Positions 1 through 8,498 of a DNA stretch of 32,400 nucleotides are shown here, piece by piece. The notes under the pieces were generated by a model. It searched no databases, was not told the DNA's origin, and saw only the letters and a list, made by a program, of their open reading frames with translations. Source of the stretch: Rozella allomycis CSF55. Taxonomy: Eukaryota. Position 1 is the first letter of the stretch, and every line of letters begins with the position of its first letter. Where the stretch lies: positions 1 through 32,400 of the forward strand of contig KE560855.1 in assembly GCA_000442015.1 (NCBI GenBank), written 5' to 3'. The position numbers were made by a program, and so were the translations under genes.

Positions 1-2507
1 ATTTAAAAGAAAAAGATTTTGTTTTTGCATTAAATTCAAAATCTCAAGTAAAGATTAAATCTAAAAATAGAAAGGAAATTTTAATTGAAAAATGTTTAAA
101 TTTTAAAGAAAATTTATCTTGGAATAAATTTAGAGAATTAGGAATTGGCTATTGGTTAAGAAACGTTGAATCCCTCGTAATAATTTAAACTTATTAAGAA
201 GAGAAAAAAATTGTAGAAAATTTATGTAAAAATATTTATTCAAGTTTGCCTGAAAAAGATCCAATTGGATGTTCATTGTTTTATCTTGCAATGGGAAAGA
301 AAAAGATATTGCAGGGGTTGTGGAGAGCAGCTGTTAATCATCCAGAAAGACAAAAGATGGTTGATTTCTTAAATAATGATTTCAATGATGTCAAATGGAA
401 ATCTTCTGCTTTAAAAAATGCTTATGCTCTACTAGGAAAACAAAGATTTGGTAATTTTACTAGATTGATTTCTATAAATAGAATACGCCGCAGCATTTTT
501 TATTCTTGGAGGTCAAGAGAATGACGCCATAACCATTTGTTTAAGACAATTAAAAGATTATCAATTAGCAATTGTTTTAACTAGACTAATGCATGGTATT
601 ATTTATAATAGTTGTAGATTACTAGGGGATGTTGCATGTAAAGTATTAATTAGAGATCAAATACTACCATTAGTTGAAGATGAATGGTTAATTAACATTT
701 TAAATATTCTTTTGGATAATCCCACAATAGTAAATTATTTATTTTGTTTAAAGAGAATGTTAAAGAATCTCAAATATTGAAAGATCCTTTTCATTGTATT
801 CCATTTCTAAAAGTTCCCATTAATGAAATTGTGAATAATCTTTGTTTAATGAAATGTCATTTTGTAGCAATTTTATTTCTCTATCAAAATGTATTTTATT
901 TCTACATTTAATTTAGAACATTCTACAAGTGGAACTAGATTATGAATTTAATTTTAAAGGGGAATCTAAAGTGAATGGTGAATCTAATGTTAAAGGTGAA
1001 AATGATGCTAATGTTAATATCAATGTTAATGTTAATGATAATTTTGAATTGTTTTATTTGAGAACTGGAATTTATTTTAATCCTAATGATTTAAATCAAC
1101 TTCTTTTTGTTTCTTCTTGTATTAGAAATAATCTCGTTTCAGACCAATTAATAACAATTCTAAACCATTTAGACAATTTAAATAGTTTAAACAATTTGAG
1201 CTATTCCAAGAATATAAATACGTCCAACAATGTAGAATCTAAAGGTTTTATTCCAGAAGTAAATTATGAATTGAATTTCTTTATTTCTCAATATTTAATT
1301 TTTATTTATTCAAAATCTCCAAATTATTACAAATATTCATTTTCAAGAGAATTTCATGGAAACATTGAAAAGATTGTTGAAAATTATTTTCCATTATGTT
1401 CAAACAACAATTTCATTAAAAGATTTAAAAGATTGTACATTTCTTCTTCACCCCCAAATTTAATTCCAATTCAAATTTCAATCCCCTGCAACATTTTCTC
1501 TTTCAATGAATATTTTCTTTCAATTGGCGATGATAAAAATATTTATGAATTTGTAATTGAAGATTTAATGACTTCAAAACAACAATTATTAAACGCTAGT
1601 TTCAGTTTTGAAAAGTTTGACTACAACACCCATGTTGAAATAAAGAAATCTAAAAGTTTTTCAAATTTTCTTCATCTAAAACATAAACACGATAATGAAC
1701 CATTTAAATTCAAAAGAAACATTCATTCTTCTTCAATATCCTTCCATCCAGCTCATCCTGGTAAATATTTAGCTACAACTCCAAATACTCTTCATCTATT
1801 CCAAATATTCGTTGAAAATGATCTCTTTTCAATCAAATTACCTTTGAAGAAACCTTCTCTACTCTTCTTCAATCAAACTGGATCTCTCTTACTTGCATTT
1901 GAATATTCAACTGGCCACTTTTCTCTCGTTAAAATAAACAACACTGTTGATCATTTAACACTAATAAAATCTGCGCGCTTGGATAATCTCAAAGAAATAA
2001 TTCACGCTTCGTTCATCACTGATTACAACGTTGCCATTAAAACTACTTTTGGTTACTACAATCTCAATCTACTCTCTCTTTCAATTAAACAATTCTCTGA
2101 TTTCACTTTTGTTCAAAGAATTCCAAAATCTAACAATCTTTTCATTCAAAAAAGAGACATTTTCTGCGGTAATTGATTTCTTCGTTTAAAACAGAATTTG
2201 TAGATATTGAATCTGGTAAATTTCATGATCTAGGCCAATCATTCAAAAATTTATCATTTATTCACATTCAAAATAACGATTTATTTCTCATCTTTGATGA
2301 TGGTCTCATTCAAGTAATAATTCAACTATCCCCATCAATAAGGTTTGGAATGTTGCGAAAAAGGAATGCAATTATTCCTTTAAAGTCAAATTTTCAGATT
2401 TAGAACTTGATTTCAACACTGAACCACCAAAGTTTTACATTTGGAAAAATATTCTTGGCGTTCTTTTGAAAAATCACATCAAATTAATTCCAATAAATAA
2501 ACAATGA
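1..2507 (+). CDS. RAV1: RAVE complex subunit Rav1/DmX-like protein, 3' portion (5' end outside window), multi-exon
   Basis: The spliced translation gives the Rav1p_C signature KDPIGCSLFYLAMGKKKILQGLW...FLNNDF...W KSSALKNAYALLGKQRF|EYAAAFFILGG...LAIVLTRL. Introns include 177-203, 451-481 and 596-625. The divergent N/F/S-rich C-terminal region ends at TGA 2505-2507. Joining of the middle exons is approximate. Confidence 0.88.
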
Positions 2508-2552
2508 ATAAAAAAGTTGTAATCATAATTATAATGCTTTTAATTAATTTTT

Positions 2553-2586
2553 ATTCATTTCTTTAAACTATTCATTTCTTTAAACT
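2553..2586. repeat. 17-bp exact tandem duplication between the convergent RAV1 and coilin 3' ends
   Basis: attcatttctttaaact at 2553-2569 and 2570-2586. Confidence 0.9.
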
Positions 2587-2587
2587 G

Positions 2588-3424
2588 TTAATTTCTTTCT
2601 CTGGCTACTTTTAATTCTACAAACTCATTAATATTCCACTCACATATCTGGTCACACACATTTTCATCATCCAACATGAATTTATTCAATCCCCTCTTCT
2701 TTTTCTTTTTGACTATATCTCTATTCTCAATTCTAGGAGCATCCAATTGCACCCTAACCATGCCAGTTCGATAATCAACACCAACTACCCTCCCACTCTT
2801 TTCCCTAGATAATTCAGGCGTACAATCCACAGAAATCTCCCACACCTTATATACTATCCTTGAATTAACCTCGGGGTATTCATTCCCATTAAGTGAATCA
2901 TAATCAACAACACCATTATCACATTCAGAATCATATTTTTCACTGTTGGCAGGCTCATACATTACTTGATCTCCCATTCCCTCTGGCACATACTGGTATA
3001 CTGTTTCGGCTCTAAATACATCATCTTCATATCGGTTAACATTTTCTTTCTTTTCTTTTTCACTCACTGCCTTTGGACGAATTTCAACACTGTCTTTTGT
3101 GCTACTTTTACTTTTCCCTACACTGCGGACTAGGTCAACAGCCTGCGCTAGATTATCAACCTCATCTGTATTAATTAGTATAGTAAGCAATGCATTCTTT
3201 TCTAAATACTTCAACTCAAATTTTTTGGGTAGATTGTATCCATCATGCAACAGTTTAAACTTGCGTCTTTTAAGTAGCTTCCTACTATCGTCGTTTTCCA
3301 GCCTCACTTTCTTTTTCAGGTATCCAATAAGCTTATCTACACTCTTCACGCTCTTTTTTAATATTATTATTTGCTTTGAACCTGTGCTGGGCTCATATAT
3401 GCGAAGAAATGGCGGGTTTTTCAT
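2588..3424 (-). CDS. COIL: Coilin-like protein (Cajal body scaffold), intronless, 278 aa
   Basis: N-terminal ubiquitin-like/self-association-type domain (..FKLLHDGYNLP..YLEKNALLTI). C-terminal Tudor-like domain DYDSL..PEVNSRIVYKVWEISVDCTPELSREKSGRVVGVD..KF..W..EFVELK parallels the coilin motif DY..L...P.VG..IAFKLLEL....P.VS..K.G.I. Confidence 0.72.
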   Translation of the reverse strand: MKNPPFLRIYEPSTGSKQIIILKKSVKSVDKLIGYLKKKVRLENDDSRKLLKRRKFKLLHDGYNLPKKFELKYLEKNALLTILINTDEVDNLAQAVDLVRSVGKSKSSTKDSVEIRPKAVSEKEKKENVNRYEDDVFRAETVYQYVPEGMGDQVMYEPANSEKYDSECDNGVVDYDSLNGNEYPEVNSRIVYKVWEISVDCTPELSREKSGRVVGVDYRTGMVRVQLDAPRIENRDIVKKKKKRGLNKFMLDDENVCDQICEWNINEFVELKVARERN

Positions 3425-3448
3425 TACTGAAAATTCAAAAAAGCAAAT

Positions 3449-4307
3449 TTATTGACGAAACATATAAAATATTGCCAACATTGTCATCAGATAGAAAAAT
3501 GAGCTGAATTCAATCGATGAAGCATACGAGTCTGCTGGACGACGAGTATCAGCACCATTGCCACTTCCACCATCTCCAGTTGGTACTCCAGCCCCTCCAT
3601 CAATTCTTTTTCCGATACATTGGTCTAGCCGAAGAATTTTATAGCCCTTGTCGCCAAGATACTTTATAACTTCACCAGTTTGCTTGACACTTTCGTTTAT
3701 AATATCCCTTTGCACCGCAATGAACGACCCTTTAGCTGGCGGGGCAATGGTATCGATAAACTCCTTGTATACAGTTACTACTGCATTTTCACCCAAGTTA
3801 CCAGTATAGTCTCTTGAATCCAGATTAAAATTGGTTGGAATTAAACCCATTTCTTCAACCACAACCTTGTAAATAGGATCAGGAACTCCGCTGTCAATGT
3901 ATGGGAATCTAACAAATTTAACCTTGTATCCATTTGTCACTTTGGAAATACGCTGAAGCTTCTCCTCGATGCTTGCCTTTACAGCTTTCGGGTCACCGCG
4001 AATGTCATCATTGTTAAGGCGGAGCCCTACAATGTGTCTATCGTTTATTGCACTTCGGAGATATGCAAGAATTACGGGATTATTCAGATATTCAACTTTA
4101 ACATGAAATGCAGCCTTGACATCGTTTTTGGCTAAAATTTTCAACAATTCTCCAGTATACAATGAAGGACCATCTATTTTAATGTAATTAAAGGTAGTTA
4201 CCATCAAAAGTGAGTGCGATTTGACCTGCCGACAAGCAGGATTCTGGGATTTCTCCTGCTAACAGCAAATTTAGCCCTGTAATTGCTACAAGTATTGATT
4301 TAAGCAT
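3449..4307 (-). CDS. Secreted, possibly GPI-anchored polysaccharide (chitin) deacetylase-like CE4/NodB protein, apparently catalytically degenerate
   Basis: ATG 4307 begins a signal peptide MLKSILVAITGLNLLLA. A 28-nt intron at 4174-4201 restores TFDDGP. RFPY and DSRDY motifs are present, followed by a Gly/Ser linker and a hydrophobic C-terminal tail. Confidence 0.88.
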
Positions 4308-4422
4308 TTGTATAATATCTGTATATTCATTATTTTTCATTAGTTTAATAGCAGCCTTGACGTCCTCATCAAACCTTATTTTATGGATACTTTTTCCTTT
4401 TTAAAGTGACAAGTTTATAACA

Positions 4423-4976
4423 TTATAATTTATTGGAATTATTGACGAGATCCGTCAAAGTGTCATCAAATCTTTTTGATGAGATTGATTTTTCTTTATC
4501 TTCGTTAAAAAAAGGATTGAAAGAAAGTTTGCAATAAGCATCATTTAATTGAGCAAATATCTATAGTTACTAATGAAATTAACTACTTTCTTGATTTCAG
4601 AATCCTTTGGTGTTGAAGAGTACGAACCGATTAACACAAACTTTATGTTAGTTGCCGTTCGATAACCATGACTAGAATCATTGTTGAGATATTCCTGATT
4701 ACATGTATAAATCTTCAAAATTAAAAATCAAACCGATATAGTTATCTGACTGTTTTAAACGATCTGGTAAATTCGACAAAACAATTATACCTTTTTCCTC
4801 AAATCCATCCAGTGCAAAATGTGCATAGTAATGATACGATAAATCTTCCTTGTCCCCGTAAGTTTTCAAAAATAAGGGATAGTTCGTTCAAGATAAATAA
4901 AAATTATTACCAATCAATTAAAGCTAACAAATTTTCTTACCTTCGAATTTATGACAGCAACAGCTTGAATTCCCAT
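4423..4976 (-). CDS. TRAPPC2L: TRAPP complex subunit 2-like (sedlin family, TRAPPC2L/Tca17); absent from the ORF track
   Basis: Manual splicing gives MGIQAVAVINSK|NYPLFLKTY..LSYHYYAHFALDGFEEK|..DNYIGLIFNFEDLYI|HGYRTATNIKFVLI..KDSEIKK|IFAQLNDAYCKLSFNPFF..ISSKRFDD. The first intron lacks a usable AG (see findings). Confidence 0.85.
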
Positions 4977-4995
4977 TTCAGGAATTTACAAAATC

Positions 4996-5832
4996 ATGGA
5001 ATCGAATTGTACATGCCGATGGCAATCCTGCCTTAAAGAATATAACTCACTTGAAGAAATGGTTATCCATATAGAAGATGAGCATGTAACATCAATCGAA
5101 TTTGGATCAGCGTAATTTTGCCCAACTTAGTTAAAAGGCCTATATCCTGTCCATGGGATGATTGTTGGATGGGATGCACATTTACTGATAAAATGTCTCT
5201 TTTACAACATTTAAGAATGGAGCACACTGGCGAAAAGCCATTCCAATGTCCGGGATGTGGAATATTCTTTCCTGCCCGAGGCTCTGTTATTTCTCATGCA
5301 AAACGTCTGCACAGAAAAGGTGTTGAACCATTGTATTGGTCTGCAAAATCAATAATCCAAAAGCGGAAAGAAGAGGCGGAGAAACCATTAGAGGCATTTG
5401 AAGAATTGCCAGACCTTGAGGCTGAAGAAGAGGTAATTTGACGGTTTCCGATTTATAGCTTGATTTTAGTGTTCAACGCAATACAGGACTGACTGACGAT
5501 CTTTTGCAAGTAAATTGATTTCCTTGGTGTAAAAGAACATGCCGAAACGGAAAAAGAGAGAAAAGAACTTTTCAATGTCAAATCTTGAAAATATATCCAA
5601 TTACTTATCATGCTTACTACAGTATCAAAAGGAGATAGATGAAATGGAAGTAATTGTTTGGGTTTATATAATATATTAGTGTAAATTAAACATGCATTCT
5701 GGCTTTATATCCTCTGACCTGTTAAATAGAAAGAAACGGAATTTCAAAGATTTAAAGCTTGAAATTGTTGATTTCACCAAGCACTTATCAGAAATACATC
5801 ATGAAATGATTGATGCCGTAATATCTCATTAA
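4996..5832 (+). CDS. C2H2 zinc-finger protein with three fingers (tandem CW-type first two fingers as in Gli/Zic/PacC-like proteins) and a helical C-terminus
   Basis: MESNCTCRWQSC..HIEDEH, 26-nt intron 5112-5137, then CPWDDC..HLRMEH-TGEKPF-CPGC..HAKRLH. Three further short GT-AG introns keep the frame open to TAA 5830-5832. Confidence 0.8.
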
Positions 5833-5941
5833 TAATAAACTTGCATTATTTTTTCAACATAAAGAAGCCCTCATCGTACATAGCAACGGAATTCCTTTAG
5901 GTTTTCTTTTTCCCGCTTTCATCTTTAAGCTCATAATACAT

Positions 5942-6706
5942 ATGCCAGGATACTTTGCACCAAAAAATAGTAACCCGCCAAAAGCTGGGGCATACAAACC
6001 TAGGGATAAGACCCGCAAAAAGGAAACATCAAGTAATCATTGATACATCCTTTAAAAGCATTTCGAAAACTTTACGACAGAGGTGATTTCCCAATATCTG
6101 TAAACCATGATGGCAAAGGGAATCGAATGAACTGGAAAGTAACACATCGCCCTAGACAAAAAAGGTTGACATTGAAAAACTCGATTATCACCATTATCTC
6201 CCCTTATTTTTCTCTGGCTTATGCGAGACTGAGGAACCTTATGCTTTCTTGGCAAGGCAAGGAGTCCATGACCTACTGGATAAAGGTGGAGCTAAGATTC
6301 TCCCTGTTGTGCCTCAACTAATAATTCCAATTAAAAGTATCATTATATAAATACAATTTCAGATGCTCTAAATACTAGAAATCCTATGGTGATCTGCACA
6401 ACGTTGAAAGTGATTCAACATTTGGTTGAATCCGCTGAAATGGTCGGGGAAGCATTAGTCCCATACTATAGACAAATTCTTCCAATATTCAATCTTTTCA
6501 AAAATCATAATGGTAAGCATATAGAATGTAGCAGACAAGTAGTGAATCTTGGTGATGGCATTTATTATGCGCAACAGAAACGGGAAAACATCGGCGACCT
6601 AATTCAAGAAACTTTGGAGAAACTCGAACTTAATGGTGGGGAAGATGCCTTCATCAATGTCAAATACATGGTCCCGACTTATGAATCTGTTATTTCGAGA
6701 ATCTGA
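5942..6706 (+). CDS. PACRG: Parkin co-regulated protein (axonemal inner-junction protein)
   Basis: Spliced: [103 protein letters not shown]. Four mini-introns, for example 6139-6164. The start codon is the least certain part. Confidence 0.96.
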
Positions 6707-6868
6707 TAAATAAAATTCAAATAAAATTTAGCTTAGTTTTTAAATAAGTGAAAAAAATTCATTAATGACCCATGATTGATGATAATGAAATAGTATAGTT
6801 TCATCAAGTAGCGAGAGTATTAAGTTATAAGGTGCAAGTAATTTATTTAGGATAATAATTAAATCATT

Positions 6869-8114
6869 TTACATGCTTGAACCTGTAATTAACGATTCAA
6901 GAACAGCCTCGGAACAATGCTGTGATAAGTTATCCTCTGGAAACTGAACTATTGAAGCGAGAAAATCTGATATATTTGGCTGCGTCTCTGATTGTCGGGC
7001 TGGAATACATATGTTTTCACTAATATGAGGAAAAACATGTTTCTCGTCAAGGCTACATAAATTTTCTAATCTTTCTGACATGTTTACTTCTGCATTATTC
7101 CAAGAGTTTTGTGTTTCGGTAAAAGAATTCAATGTATTAGTATTATTCTCCCCGTAAATATTCTCTGGGTGATATGATGGCATCGGTATTCTCTGGGAAC
7201 AGGTACATGTACAACCAGGCAAAGCATTGAAAACTGCATTAAATCCAGGATTTATCGAATTGCAATTATATGTATAATTTATGGGCGGAGAGTATACTGG
7301 GGCATAAAAGGGTGGAAAGGCAGAAAATATAGGCATATTAAAATTGTCTTCCTGTGCCAGATTAAGAAAGGACCTATTGTTTTTAAACTTACCTGCACTA
7401 GGCATAACAGGATGAATCCATTGGGCAATAACTGGGCTTTGAATATCAGTTTCCCTTTTCTTTTTGGGATTAGCATTCGCCTGCGAAATAGATAGCTGTA
7501 ACTCCTCAATGCATGTTTTAACAGCTTCTCTTTTTCTTTCGGATTTCTTTAAACTTAATGACTGGGATCTATTCCTTAAACTATTTATGTGAAATTCATA
7601 TTTCTTTGGCTTATTAAAATGCGATATATTAGGACAAGAATAAGTCCTCGGGCGCATGGGTTCATTATCTTTCGCATTGTCATTACACGGTACTATAGAA
7701 TTTTCTACTTGCAACGCATTTTCTAATGAGTCGCAAGTATCAATAGCAGCGTTAAAATCCACAAAATTTTCTATCTCATTTCTGGTTTCTGTATTCACTT
7801 CATTATCCTTGCAGACTTGAGGACTTCGAAATTTGGAGCGACGATTTTGAAACCTATTAAACAATTTATGGGTATTAATACCAAATTCGAACCGTTTTCT
7901 TGGGCATATTTAACCTTTTTGCTATCTTATCACAATCGTCATGAGTTGGCCTGGGGTCTTTCTTGAATTCCTTAAGTAATTCATTATATTGCTCTGGTGT
8001 AGCCCTATTTCGTTCCTTGGGTACAAAAGGATTGTAGTTTCTAGTTTCTGTTCGTCTTTTATCTTGATGAAATGTTTGAAAGTAATCCGATAGTCTTTTG
8101 AATGTTCGAGGCAT
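6869..8114 (-). CDS. Homeodomain transcription factor (non-TALE, WFQNRR) with a long low-complexity C-terminus
   Basis: KERNRATPEQYNELLKEFKKDPRPT..KIAKRLNMPKKTVRIW|FQNRRSK. A 28-nt intron at 7854-7881 within the Trp codon joins ORFs 7875-8114 and 6869-7864. Confidence 0.9.
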
Positions 8115-8498
8115 TGTTTATGTTCGGGGTTTTAAAATAAATTACAAAATTTAAATAGTTCCTTTACTTTAATAATAGTTCTTAAATTTAGACGTTGTAA
8201 TTAGATATTCTTGGGTGAATTAAATACCGTAATTATCAAAAAGATGAATCCTTCTTTTTTAATCTTTTTATCGCGACAAAAATATTAAAGGCACTGTGAG
8301 CACAGAGCGTAGATTCCTATGGACTTCTGGGAGTTAGAGAAAATGTTTCAAATATTTGTAGTACATCAAAGATTCAAAATAACTTTATATGATAAAAATT
8401 AAAAAGAATATGAAATATATGGCGATTTTGACCAGGTAAAATTGATTGAAACATCCAAATAGAACTTTCTCTATTCTATAGAAAAGAATTTATTAAAG

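Noticed and set aside
3099-3455. Antisense ORFs in the track (also 4812-5036, 6052-6255, 8566-8781, 11901-12098, 16281-16607, 16716-17111, 19015-19443, 19769-20035, 21989-22396, 25098-25319)
   Set aside because: Each lies opposite a well-supported gene and has no recognisable motif; these are shadow frames.
4996-5832. Naming the zinc-finger gene PacC, Gli or Iec1
   Set aside because: Only the tandem CW finger pattern is shared; recognition-helix residues do not match well enough to assign orthology by eye.
6869-8114. Homeodomain gene as a mating-type HD locus
   Set aside because: No divergently paired TALE/HD1 gene, HMG-box sex gene, or pheromone/receptor genes in the window.
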